Origin: Phoronis australis
Taxonomy: Eukaryota > Animalia > Phoronida
Assembly: GCA_002633005.1 (NCBI GenBank)
Contig: NMRA01000074.1
Coordinates: forward strand, 959,097-1,023,096
Length of the DNA: 64,000 nucleotides
Direction of reading: 5' to 3'
Notes under the pieces: generated by a model
Database searches by the model: none
Told to the model about the DNA's origin: nothing
Seen by the model: only the letters and a program-made list of their open reading frames with translations
Shown here: positions 1-13,300 of the stretch, piece after piece
Position numbering within the stretch: position 1 is the stretch's first letter
How the letters are laid out: each line of letters starts with the position of its first letter
Translations under genes and position numbers: made by a program

Positions 1-1240
1 GGTTAGAGGCAAATGACGGACTTCATGAACCACAGGCGGGATTCCGCAAAGCTATTGCACACAAGACCACTGTTTACGCTTCAGACTATGTGCCAAAACT
101 AAAGTACATGTATATACCGGGGGTCGTTTTTGTTATGCTTTTGTCGACTTTTCGAAGGCGTCTGACAGAGTTCCTCACATGCTACTATGATGCAGATTAT
201 GAAAATTGTGGTGACCATAGCAATCTACGTACAGCAAATATCGTTCGTGGACTCGAGAAAGGTTAATCGAACTCCTAGGTAATGCCCAAAACATTAGATT
301 TATATCAATGAACATGCGCTTCTCAGAGCGTACAGTATGAGAAGTGGTATTATGGAAATCAATTAGTGCAGGTTATCTCCCAATGAATATCTTGGAATAA
401 TTTTACACCAAGATTAGTTTGGCCAAATGCGTCTAAAACCGTTCAAGGTAGTAAGAAACCGGTACACGGAATTGCAATTGAGCCTATCACTTGAGCTGTT
501 TGTAATAAGTGGTGTGCCAATGGCTACGATGAGGAAATCTACGGATTTAAAGAAGGTGAATGGGTTGAAAGTGTATAATGTAAAATTACTCTTGGAGTTG
601 AATGCTATCAGCCAAACGCAGTTGTATCCGACGAAAGTGGAATTTGTCCTCTTTATGTCGCATGTTTAAAATAGAGCTTTTGAAAATGCCACCCACTAGA
701 TGCATTAAACAGCTTACAAAATGTTAATTGATTTAGATTCGAATGGAAGAAATACTTGGGTATCTTCTGTTAGACAATTGCTGTCAAAATATGTTTTTAT
801 GAAATTTGTTTTGAATCGAGGTGTTACGTGCTGAGCCTCCGTTTTTAGTATCTTCGTGCAAAAAATTAATGACTGCTATGGCAGCTCAGATGGCGAGGAA
901 AAACTGAGCGTAATGCAAAATTTAAATACCACCGTACTGTTTTGAACCGAGAATGTGGAATGTTACCATAGATTATGTTTGATTTGCAATGGCGGTCTTG
1001 TAGAGGATGAATACCACTTCTTGTTGATTTGCAAGGAGTATGAACGAAGTTAAGAGGAAGAACCTAACTCAATAATCCTGCAGACTCCTTCTGGCTAATC
1101 CAGACATGTCCGTTGTGTATTCTGCACTTAACAGAAGAGAACAACTCTTAAATACGTTGACTGTGTATGCTGTAAATGTGCTTGCTTAATTTATGTTTAT
1201 TGTACTTTGGGCCAGAGGCTTTTATAATACAAATATTAAA
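1..1240 (+). mobile_element. Decayed non-LTR retrotransposon (LINE) ORF2 fragment, RT domain to 3' end
   Basis: Broken reading frames give RT motifs (HEPQAGFRK at ~25-51; YAFVDFSKASDRVPH at ~134-178) and the C-terminal VEDEYHFLLICKEY motif (~1000-1041) found in several LINE clades. Many stops and frameshifts. Clade not determined. Confidence 0.8.
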
Positions 1241-3009
1241 CGTATGTAGATAGAACATCAGAGGAAGTTCTTTATGACTCGTTATACTTTGTTCTCGTCA
1301 TACGATTCTCCAAATATGCCGTCAATCCGAGTCAGTAGTGGAACAGACGTACAGTGTATGTAAACTCAACACCATTAGTTTAATAACAATGCTAGTAGGC
1401 CCTACATGCTGAGGACGGCGTCCAAGCTTCAAGATGAGCTTTGAAAGGTACTGATTTATTTTAAGTAAGGTAACTGAAACTTTTTTGTTGTTGCTCGAAT
1501 TACATGTACATTTATGAGCATTGACAAAATACACCCCTATTGTGCCTACATCCGCTATGTAAGGGTATTAAAATGCATAAACATTATACAGTGCAATGTA
1601 CTACCCTAGAGGAGGGTTACAACTACATTGCAAGCACCTGTCATGCTGGCTACCATCAGGATTTCAAAATGAAAATAACTTGATTGCAATAATATTCAGC
1701 ATTTGATTAAAAATTTAACTGCAACGAAATGTTAATATGGATTGTGCTTTTAAAGGGCTCATACCAAATATCATGACCATTGATGAATGCAAATCTGTTG
1801 GGCAATGAACGATATTCAACGTTATACATTTTCACAACGTTTCAATAAAAAATTGAATTCAAGTGTAATGTATACTTGAAAATAAATCGGTTTCATAATA
1901 TTCGTTAGTTATCGTGGTAGGTTTCAGTGGCGGATTACCCCCTCTCCCACCCTAAAATTCTCCCATATTCCATCGGGCACTTCGAGGGTTAAAATGTCTG
2001 ACGGGAAAATCGTGCTGGCTAATACTTTGCCCTGGCCCATCTAACTCAAAATCCTGGCCCGAATTCGCCCCTGGGTTCAATCTGTTTTTGTTACCCTTCG
2101 AGTCTTGAATTTGCCAATTTTATGGTTTTCCAACCGCAATACTTATTTGGTCAGTAAAGTGTTTTTTCGAGTAGCTGATTGAATGTTGATGTTCTTTTCG
2201 GTAATGGATCGGGAATACAATCTTATTATGGTAAGCAATTTTATGATGGTTAAACAAGTTACTGTCGTTAAAACATGATGACATACTATCTTTTAATTCC
2301 GGATCATTGACGCGAATGGTCACCCACAGGAGTTTTAGATTCTGAAAACCAGTTATTCAGTGGAGAAAACTAGTTCTCAAAATGCGTAAACGACTATTAA
2401 GCACTGAAATATAACACGGTCTATTCACTGAAACTATAGATGCTATGCTATGTAAATTGTATGTGACCTAATACCGATGAAGCTATATTTGGCGTGGTCT
2501 AATAAAGCGTATGGGATGTTTTACTTGATAGTTTTACGGCAATTCTGGTGAGAAATGCGTGGCCCCCGATTGCACGCTATTCCGCCATATTCCTATTGCT
2601 ACCCCCCCCCCCACTTACTTATAACGTAGATTTGCCACTGCAGGGTGTAAACAAAATGAATTGGCTAACCTGAATAGCAAGGTTTCTAGTCCATTTGGGA
2701 ACAATTACAAGCAGTAACAGTGGTTGAATCCTCGACTCAAGTTCAACATTCCACGTGACATGGTTTCGAATTAGCGTACAGTAGGAAGCGAAAGAAAAAT
2801 TAATAACAAACGTGGTTGCAACGTATTTTCCGCATAATTGAAAACACATCGCGTGTTTACTCTCTGGGCCACTACCCGACCGTACGTTATCGGGCGAGAT
2901 ATTTTCATTGGTAACTGCACTTAGGCCACCTAGTGTCGGTCGGGCAATTGGACATTGCTAACCAGTCAGTCCCGTTCATTGCTATCGTTTTGCTTCAGCT
3001 GATCGAAAC

Positions 3010-4729
3010 ATGGCAAGAGTTCTGACTGCGCTTGTAATTTTCATTTTGCTGTCGGTGGGCCACTGTAGGCGTCATGTCGAAATTCTCGCCGATGACTTCA
3101 GTCTCCAGCAGCCGCCAGTCACGGTGACAGCATTTAATGTTCGAGTCCTGGGACAGCGAAAGCTGACCAAAGCTCACGTCATGGACGTAGTTATGAAGGT
3201 ATGTAGCTGTTAGAGTTTTATCGTATTTCCTTTGATAACGGTCCTGGCACCCCTGTGATCTGACTATGCATAATCGACAAGGGCCCATAAAAGGAACCAT
3301 GGCCTGTTTGCAATTTTCAAGTAACGTATCATGTCTCCATTGCCGTAAACCAAGCTCTCGCGCTCCGTTCATGCGCACTGGCTCTCTCTTGGACGCGATC
3401 TCCGGATCCAGCGTGGCCATCATTCTGAAGCCTCAAGGAGACATCTGTTTGCTCCTGTCCAGACCAAATCGCACCATTCATTGCTCACGTAAGCCAGCCA
3501 TGTCCACGCACATGTTACATTCTCTCGTGCCACTTCGCATATAAAATCACCATACGCTCAAATCTGGTGGTAATTGTAATTCCTGCAAACATTCGGCTCT
3601 CGGCAGAATCAAGGCACAGCTTAACAATCAAACTGGTACATGTAAACAAACGTAAACATAAAGGTGTGCAAGCTGAGTGTTATTGCAGTGTTCCGTTAAT
3701 GAACATATAAGAAGTTCTGCTAATATTTCTTTATTCTAGCGACTAGCATTTCATGTTGCCTAAGCTAGGACCGAGTTCAAAACAATTTCAAGTTTTGTCC
3801 GATCGAAGGTTTGCCTAGAGCTTCACCAGGCCAAACACCGATAGCGCGATAACATTGCTAGAACTCGGATCTACTAATCCTTGCTATACCGGGCGTGCGT
3901 TCTCCAGACGCGCGAACCTCGTGAAACATATGTGTTCGCGAGATATCGTAATACATAATAAATCAAGCTCATGATCACACTAGCTTCCATCGCCAGATTT
4001 TTGATCTACGGAATAACTTCGCCAACAAGTGATAAAATAGTTCCTCGTTGTGCTTTTGATGGAAGCTAGAGTGTGAGTTTCCAGGCTGATATTCAGGAAC
4101 AAGGAAAGGTGAATGTTTTGTGACGTGTCCTACATGTATGTATACGCTGTACGTAATTTAGCAACAAAGTTTGTATTAACCAACGTAATGCGTCATGAAG
4201 TTCATTTACTGGGTAGCTCTCATGTGTAAGTTGAAAATTGGGCTTGTCGGCTCCCTGTTTACACGGGAATCAAAAGTTCTCCAAATTTTTAAGAAGTTCA
4301 CCCGCATCGTACTGGGTTAGGCGGCAGAGTTGAATTGCTTTGACAATACAAGTCCATCTACATGCACGTGTATTCTGTGCCATACAACAGTTGGCTTAAT
4401 GTTCATCGTAGTACAAGAAGAAACGAAATGAGCATTATTAAACTGTATTTAGCAAAAGAAGCAAGCTAAAAACAACAGAATGACGCCGATGGTGAAAAAA
4501 ATGTTCACGGCGCCGTCTTATTAAGTTATCAGGAAGATATTTTGTTTCAAAGCCAAGGCTAGACTCTTTCTAGTCCAGCAATCACTAACAAAGCTAATCT
4601 ATCAATTCTTTAAAACAGTTACTTTACATTATCTCTGCAGGTTATCTCGCAAAGTGACATCGCTTTGATACAAGAAATCAGGGACGTCACGGAAAAGACT
4701 GCAAAGACCATTCATGCCTTGGTTAACAG
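3010..4729 (+). CDS. Deoxyribonuclease I-like secreted nuclease, exons 1-2 only (partial)
   Basis: Exon 3010-3198 encodes MARVLTALVIFILLSVGHC (signal-peptide-like)...TAFNVRVLGQRKLTKAHVMDVVMK, then donor GTATGT. Exon 4641-4729 (acceptor ctctgcag, donor GTATGT) encodes VISQSDIALIQEIRDVTEKTAKTIHALVN. This matches the DNase I N-terminus (AAFNI..FG..K; DI.LIQE.RD). No later exons found. Confidence 0.88.
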
Positions 4730-5721
4730 GTATGTGTGACCACAGAAAATATACTGGTACTACCCAACACTTGCCACAAGCAGTGAGAACAATTACCACG
4801 AAAACTGATCATGAATTATATTTGCATGTACAGTAGTGTGTTCACTGCGTCATGTGCGCGATTGTATTTTAGGCTCCATTGCCAAGATTCTTTGTGCAGC
4901 GGGAAATAAACACCTGTTCCGGTTTAAGCATGCGTTCTACGGGAATTTCCGAAAATAGGCCTACCCAAATGTACTCCCAGGAGTGTATTGTCGGAAAAAT
5001 TTCCAAAGAGTTCGCCCGTGGGCGTATTTTTAGTAAGTGTTTGCATGTTAAGAATATCTGATGGATTATTTTTCCGAAATAGGTATGCAATAAGTTTTGA
5101 CGTATATTTTTTGATTTTGGCAAAGCATTAAACTTTTGGGACCCCGATTTCACTCAAATGACTATCATTTAACGAGATATTAGTTGTCTCTAATGGTGAC
5201 TAACCGTATTAACACATTATGAAGGACAGTATTATTGACACAGTTTCAGACATTACGCCCGGGTGTATTTTGGGTTTCATTTGACGTTGTTAGAAGGTCG
5301 TTTTCCGCCTATCCGCCAGTGGGCCTATTAGCAGAAACTCCTGCAACACCGTATTTTGTGAAAACGGTATTTTTTTACCGTGGTCAGTGTTCTGTTGTCA
5401 ATGGCAATTCACCAAATACCGCCCCATTTAAGGAAATACTTGTAATTATTCGGAAAGCTTGTATTCATAACAATCGAATACAACGCAAGGCGCATTCAGG
5501 AAGTAAATGAATTGCACGCGGCCTCAATTTTAAAACTGGCATTTGATGGGTGAACCTCACGTTGACACGACAGTGTTATAAAATGCCAAAAGGTTCCTTC
5601 ACTAGTACCATTCTGGGCGCAAAAATGCGCTTATTCTACTCGCACTTTTGCTTAATCAACGCGTACTTTTAGTTCTTAAACGATCATCGTGTTGCTCTTA
5701 TTCAACGCGTATTCTTATGAA

Positions 5722-7381
5722 AGGAGAATGACACCCGATTTAATTAGTCTTTTCGCCGTCATAATCGGTCTATATCCACATCTCCTCGCATACAGTCGAC
5801 CTTACCTTGCCAAGAGGTGTCGCGTTAACCTGTGAGGAAGGTGAGAAACGACGCTAGCGACGTCAGTGGTTCATATGCAGAGTGAATGCCGCTATGTTGC
5901 AGTGCATCGTTGCCGCTTGTCCGAACTAAGCAGCTGCGAGGAAAGCGGGTATATCATTTTTTTACTTCCTCGAGAGTCCGAATTGCTTAGGAAGTGGCTC
6001 ATCGTAGTGAAGAATGAAATGTACGCTGTAAATAGCAAGTGGCTGTGGCCTGCAGACGTCGACAGTGCCTGACGAAAGCCGACTTACCAAATAACTCCAT
6101 ACGTTCCGTTGTCTGAGCTTGTTCACGGCGCCTCTCTAGTATTTCTTCATCACTGTATTCCTGTTCTAATTGATAGCCTGTAAAACTTAACGATCCACCT
6201 GCGAAGTCGGGACTGATGAGCTCTAGCTCGTCCTAAGCCGGGATTGCGAGTTGCCATGTTGGCGTTTATTACTGAGCGTTCTGTTTCAAAATGAATTATT
6301 CTCACCCTAACCAATACTTATACAAAACTGAAACAAAGTCTGTCTCATTAGATGTAATTTTTAATGCATTTGGAGTGTTCGTGAGTGCAAATGACTTGAG
6401 AAACCAGCACTGAATAAATCACTGCGTTACCGGCGGCTTTAGGTGGAATAAAACTAATTGACGGGACACCTAGGCCGTGTGAGCTCATGCTAATTTAGTG
6501 TTTGCTGGCAGAAACTGTTGTTAAACAACTTGATTTCCATCCCACGGCCAGGTGTTAGGGGAATCTTTATTTACATTTACATTTGTCAAATAATGATTGT
6601 CAATGTACAACTTCTGCCCTGACTGTGCTGTGGCCAAAGCGGAACCTGAATTCGCGGCCCCCGACGAGAAAGTAGATTTGCAGTTTCGTGGCAAATTCAC
6701 CAACATAATCAGGTGCATATTACTTTGGCTCACTAGTATAGTATTTTCGTGACTGGAAGTTTAGTTTCCACTGATTTTTGGCTTGTTTATGATCGTGATG
6801 TCTGATCAGTTTCCGAGCCACTGGCGGGGATAACGAGTCAAACCGGCCGGCCGCTACGGGCCTGATCGGGCTCCGAGCTACTGGCCGGGCTAACAAGCGT
6901 GTTGTGTTTAGAACTAAAAAAATCGCAGGTCTAAACATCACAGATCTACTGTAGGTTCTCCTGTCTGTATCTCACGGACAATACTTCGAATTTATCTCCG
7001 AACAGACCCCAAACTCCTGCTACGGACCTTATTGGCCTGCCGAACTTTGTAGGCTACGGTGTGTCCAAATACCAATAAATCCGAAACAGCGAAATAAAAC
7101 AACACGTTTTTATAAGAACTCGGTGTATTTTAAGGGTTTTACATCGAAGTTTGATGAGTTATTGGTATAAAACGATGAATTCAAGCGATAAGCTGACACC
7201 AATAACCCGTATTGAGAACAGCTGAACAGACTCTGTGTGAAACCAATTACGTCATTGGATAATTTCAACAACTCAGTCTGCCGTCAGATGTCAGGTAACG
7301 CAACCGTACGTGTCGTTATGGAGTAGAACTACTCGATCTAAATTGATACAAATTAGGTTGTTTTTTGGGTGGCATGCGCCT
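5722..7381 (+). mobile_element. Non-autonomous Kolobok-type DNA transposon with THAP remnant, copy 1
   Basis: Termini AGGAGAATGACACCC...GGGTGGCATGCGCCT; TTAA on the right, TGAA on the left. Reverse-complement homolog of 37419-39075 and 51213-52899. Frameshifted THAP remnant at ~5887-6040 (C..A.C.N...LP...RKWL..VKN). Confidence 0.8.
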
Positions 7382-7973
7382 TTAAACTACGCGTAGTTTT
7401 ATTACAGTGTATCATCGTGTCATATAGTCCAATCACTCTCTATCTTTACCGCTCTCGCCAACGTGTAAAATGAACATTGTTTCTGCAACACAATTAATTG
7501 GTGTCACACCTGAAGTATGTCACTAAGTTAATTACGTATTAATAATTACTATTAGTACTTTTCTATCCGTGGTACACACCTATCGGTTCATTGAAACGTC
7601 TTTCAATGCTAACGTATACAAGACTTGAATACGTTGAAATTCGAATTAACGAATCACAGTACAGGTACATTGTGTGATATTTTAGAGCTCTCGAATCAAA
7701 ACTGGAATCGCATAAATCGCAAAGGTTTGCTTCAAGATTTAAAAGAAATTTGTTTTCAATCTTTTCTTGTGCGGCACATCCACTATCGCGGAACCGTCGA
7801 ATTTTAGTGGCGTACGGGAAAACTGCGGTTTGGCTATCGTACTTAGAGGTGGTTCGTAGGAACGTTCAGAACAAGAGATGCGTCTTGACTAGTATATTGA
7901 AGACTGCAAGCGTTACATGAAGAGAATAGTTCTCGTTGAGGGAAACCAACTGCTAATACTGTTAAATACTACT

Positions 7974-7978
<5 letters not shown>

Positions 7979-8069
<91 letters not shown>
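7979..8069. repeat. (AC)n-(AT)n compound microsatellite
   Basis: Read directly from the sequence. Confidence 0.97.
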
Positions 8070-9959
8070 GAAAGTGATATGTATATATAGAGAGAAACAC
8101 GAATTAACCAGCCAAATGAGACAAACAAACAAGGGATGCAGTATCCTGGCAAACTAACATTTCTAGAAATGGGAAGTATTACTCATCTTCTACTCTAAGA
8201 AAGTTGTGATAAACAACAGTGAGTGACGCAATACGACGACTAAAATGAATGAAGCAAACTGAAAACACAGTTATAACACATTCTGCGACAGGGTGGACAG
8301 TTGATTTGTGTACATGGAGCTCTGTGCCACACTATCAGAACAATACCTAGTGACTACAGAAAGTAACGAGTACCATCTATTGTACGAGAATCAGCTTTCG
8401 CTGTCTTTACGCTAGACATGGGATGTTGCCCTGGTGATACCAAGTAAAAGCTGTACTGAAATCAACGCATTTTAAACATAATTTGTTATTGCCATCCATG
8501 TTGTTATTCTTATATATGTATATACACAAAACGTACCGAGAGTGGAAGTATGTCGACGGGGATATTATTTCATGTACATGTAAGCCAATCGAGATACATT
8601 TTCTTTTTACCCATACGCTTCCAATTCCTAAGTTACTTTCATTTTTCGGCAAACTTTTCAAATAATTCACTCAGACTGTTCACGTGGCGGATCACATCCT
8701 GTATGGACGTACTTGCGCTATGGGTTGAAAGTTTTCTCTAGTAAAAGAAACAGTTTTAAATGTAACGATTTATTACTTGAAAAAGAGATAATGCAAACAA
8801 TCTGTGCACTGAACTTGTAACACATCCTAAAAATAGTTAAAAAACAACAATATTCGATCTTGTAGTTACTGAGAAACCGGCGCTTGAGCTGCAGACGATA
8901 TAATATTTAGTAATTGAAAACTGAGACAGTCCTGTTCCAGATGTTACGACTAGGACTGAATTGCATGTTGAGTGTTATTTACACTGCTGCAAATGTATTA
9001 CTTCAAACTATTTTTGGAAAGTTTGATGATCGAACCGGCTGAAGACGTTGAGTCAACATTAACCTACCTTTTGAACTTTTCATGTCAGAGGTCACTCTTG
9101 AAGTAGTGCGGGAGGTCAATACGGAAAACATTATTACTTGGCCACATTGCACTCGACTGAATCAACGCGTATGGGATAAATAGCATTTCATTTTTGTTGA
9201 AGGTCCATTTTGATAGTCATTTTGTCGTACACAAATGTGATGGTGATAATACCACGAAGTACACACATGCAATGTGTCTTTATTATCATACTTCAGATTC
9301 GCATGTACAGGTGCATTCCTGAATGCAAGTTTAACGGGTTCAGCAGTTGTGAACAAAGTCTCGATTCAAATTATCTTGGTACTTTTTCCATCACAGTAAA
9401 GCCTGGAGCCCGACTGTTGTGCAAACAGATTGTGGCACTGAAAGAGCACAGTGGCCTCCGCATCTGGAATACAGCAGGTTCTGCGAGACACATGTCTTAC
9501 ACTGTTTTATCTTCTAACAGTCTAGTACACGCCTCTTTAAAGACATAAAATCACACGTTTTTAACCCTTATTAAATGATTGGAAGAGGTTATAAGGAATC
9601 AAGCAGTACCTATCCCGTAACCAATCAATTTCACAACTCGTAGTCGACGAAAGTTTAAATAAACGCGCCACTCATGATTCCGACCCGAAGAACACGCCGC
9701 CCGGCATTTTGAACTAACCAAGAGACCAGAAGTACAATTGTCCTTGCTCCTGAAAATGAGAGAGAGATGTGATTGACCAATCAGAATGCTGCATTCCGGA
9801 CACTCCTCCAACTGTTTGTTGAAACATTGTTTTGTGTACATTTATTCAGTTCTGTGTTTGATATGGACGGCTAAAGTGAAGCACCCGTGGAATTTCTGGA
9901 CTGCAGAGTCATACCTTGTACTATTATGTATAGAAGCTGAGGACGCCTGTGCATGTAAC

Positions 9960-10066
9960 CAGGCGTGCGTCTTTCAGTAACGATAGGACCTACGCTAGGG
10001 CCTAGCTAAAATCTAGCCAAAGTCTTGCTTTTTAGCGAGGTCTTAGTGTTACTGAACGGGAGGCAG
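9960..10066. mobile_element. ~150 bp MITE family A, internally deleted copy
   Basis: Imperfect TIRs CAGGCGTGCG..TTCAGTAACG.TAGGACCT / AGGTC.TAG.GTTACTGAACGGGAGGC.G; homologous to four other copies in the window. Confidence 0.75.
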
Positions 10067-10322
10067 GTCTCAATCGTAACATCTGGAACAGGACTGTTAA
10101 TTATATGACATATCTGTCTCAGTTTTCAATGTCTATATATTATATCGTCTGCAGTTCAGGCACCGATTCCTCGCCAATATCAAACATTGTTGTCACTGGC
10201 CATGACAGCACCCGAGTGACTATCGGCCACAGTATTACTCGAGCAGCAACGACGACCGTCCTAGCAACACGTGAACTTATCCGTGCTACAGAATCTGTAT
10301 CCAGCCAGCTAACTGTGAACAG

Positions 10323-13300
10323 TGCAGTATCTTGATTGCGTTTAGTGTACTTGTTTGACACTTGGCGTCTCTGGTGTGGTGTAGCTAAGCATGTTGGGTA
10401 ATAAAAACATGGTTGTTGTCAGACGTGACTAGTTTTCTCTCTGACTTTACTAACCAAGTTACCGCATATTTATTGGCGACGAGGATACTTTTGATCAGAA
10501 TGGCAGTCCACACGGTGCTCTGTCTTATTTTGACCAAGCGGTGGAATCATGGCAATCGTATGTGGAACGTTTAGAGTTTTATTTCGTGGCGAATGACATA
10601 GACACAATGATCAAGAAGCGCGCCATTTTCCTGACCTCGTGTGGATCGGAAACCTACCAGTTGGTGAGGAACTTAATCCAACCGTCTAAACCAGAGCATA
10701 AGTCGTATTCTGAGCTTCTTGATGTGTTAAAAAACCACTATTCTCCTACACCTAACCCCATTGTTGCGCGATATCAATTTAATTTCGCAAAACGGGAGAG
10801 AGGGGAGAAAATGTCAAATTTTATCGGTAGGTTGCAGGACTTGGCAGCACATTGCAATTATGGCAACACCCTGGAGGACATGCTACGAGATCGGCTTGTG
10901 TGTGGGGTTGAGAACTTTGAAATTCAAAAGCGATTGTTTGCAATTAAAGATCTAACCTTCTCCAAGGCCCATGAGATATGCTCAAGCATGGAAATGGCAG
11001 TAGACAATGCTAGGGAAGTTTAGGCATTAGTCAGTCTCCAACCTCAAATGTGAACCACGTACATCACAAACCACAGCAACAGAAACCCCCCAAGCCGTGT
11101 TTTCGTTGTGGAGGTCAACACTACCCAGACAAATGTGGATTCAAAGACGCGGAATATCATGGATGCCACAGAACGGGACACATTCAACGGAAATGTCCAG
11201 ACCGTTCTGTACCTTCGAAATCGTCGAAACCAAAATCGAAAACCAAACCTATGAACCATGTGTCAGCGGACAATGGCTCCTTGTTAAATAGTTTACATAA
11301 TAAGGGTAAGTTTGAGCTGCCTGTGAAAACAGTAATGCGTGTGGATGGAAATCCTATGCAATTTGAGCTTGATACTGGCTCTCCGCGAACAATTGTAACC
11401 CAAAGGCAGTTTGATAGTCATTATTCAAGTGCAAAACCCAAACTGAGTCCTGCGGATGATACTCTGTAACAGTGTATACATATACGAAAGAGCAACTTGA
11501 TTTGCTTGGTAAAGCCGACGTTTGCGTGACAGCTAATGGCCAGAAGTATGAATTGTCATTTTTGGTGGTCCCCGGTGATGGGCCATGTTTACTTGGCCGT
11601 GACTGGTTAGCTGTTTTGCTTGGACCTGACTAGCTGGAGCGACCGTCTCCTGAGTGATTGTAACGCGGTTAACAAGTTATCTGCGAAAGTTAGTGACTTA
11701 GATGAAATGTTAAATGCATTTGCTCACTTATTCTCCGATGAACTTGGTCTCATGAAAGGCGTCGAAGCACGTCTGCACATATCGTCCGATGTGAAACCTC
11801 GGTTTTTCAAGGCTCGCTCGGTACCCTTTGCTCTCCGTGAGAAAGTGGACGAAGAACTTGATCGATTAGAATCACTGGGAATCATTAGCCCAGTGGAATC
11901 TTCGAGGTGGGCTACACCCATTGTGCCCGTGGTAAAGGCTAATGGGAAAATTCGCATTTGCGGCGACTATCAGTGACTGTGAACCAAGTTGCAATTCTTG
12001 ACAAGTACCCATTACCGAGAATCGACGAACTGCAAACTAAGTTAGCTCTTGGTAGCCAGTTTTCAAAACTGGACATGAGCAACCGCCTACTTACAGATGA
12101 AAGTTGATGATTGCTCGAAAGAGTATCTAACGATCAACACTCATCGTGGTCTGTATTGTCAGGAGCGACTAGCGTTTGGAATCGCGTCCGCCCCTGCGAT
12201 TTGGCAACGCGCCATAGACACGTTATTACAAGGGTTACCCGGTGTCCTAGTGTACTTAGATGACATAGTCATTACGGGTAAAACACGGGATGAACATTTT
12301 GCAAATCTGAAAGCTGTTTTGCAAAAGCTGTCAGATGCTGGACTCACATTAAATCGTTCAAAGTGTAATTTTTTACAGGACGAGATCAAGTATTTAGGTC
12401 ACCGTATTGACGCACAAGGACTTCATCCTACTAATGCTAAAATCCGAGGCCATTAGAAATGCCCCAGTGCCGAAAAATGTGTCCGAACTGAGAGCTTACC
12501 TCGGAATGGTAAATTACTACGGCAAATACATTCGCAATGCGTCAACACAGTTTGCACCTCTGTACGAATTATTACGCAAAAACAAATCTTGGCTTTGGTC
12601 GAGCCGCCAAGAAGACGCATTTCGTGCATCAAAGGATTTGCTGTGTTCTGACACTGTGCTCGCTCATTATGATCCGGAAAAAACGATAGTACTCACTAGC
12701 GATGCCTCTGATCCAGATGAGCGCCCGATAGGTTTTGCCTCACGAATCTAAGCAGTGCGGAAAAGAACTATAGTCAATTAGATAAAGAGGGACTTGCAAT
12801 TATTTTCGGGTTGAAGTATTTCCATCAGTATTTGTATGGAAGAAACTTTGTTATCGAGACTGATCATAAACCCTTGATGAATATTTTCGGAACAAAGAAA
12901 GGGATTCCGCAAATGGCTTCAGATCGTTTTACGCGTTGGTCGTTGATACTATCGGCATATTGTTATGAGATTCGGTATAAACCGGGATCTAAACTTAGAA
13001 ATGCTGACGCGCTGAGCCGATTACCGGTCGACCCTGCTCCTACGGATGTCGCTGTACCCGGACGTGTAAATTGGATTAAGGAACAGTTGTCATCGACTTG
13101 TGCAAACATAGCCGAAGTGAAACGTTTGACCGCACGAGACCCTATTCTTTCGAAAGTCGTGCACTTCGTGAAATTTGGTTGGCCGTCGGACTTTGGGGTT
13201 GTCGTTTAGTAATCCCCACCGTATTGCGTACACACATTCTCAGTGAACTTCATGAAGCCCATCTGGGAATGTCTAGAATGAAGGCATTAGCGAGGTGTTA

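Noticed and set aside
2995-3544. 142-aa and 92-aa ORFs overlapping DNase exon 1
   Set aside because: Antisense or intronic frames with no recognisable motifs.
8325-8380. Possible DNase I exon 3 (SEQYLV)
   Set aside because: No LGR/YKE context and no suitable splice sites in the required phase.
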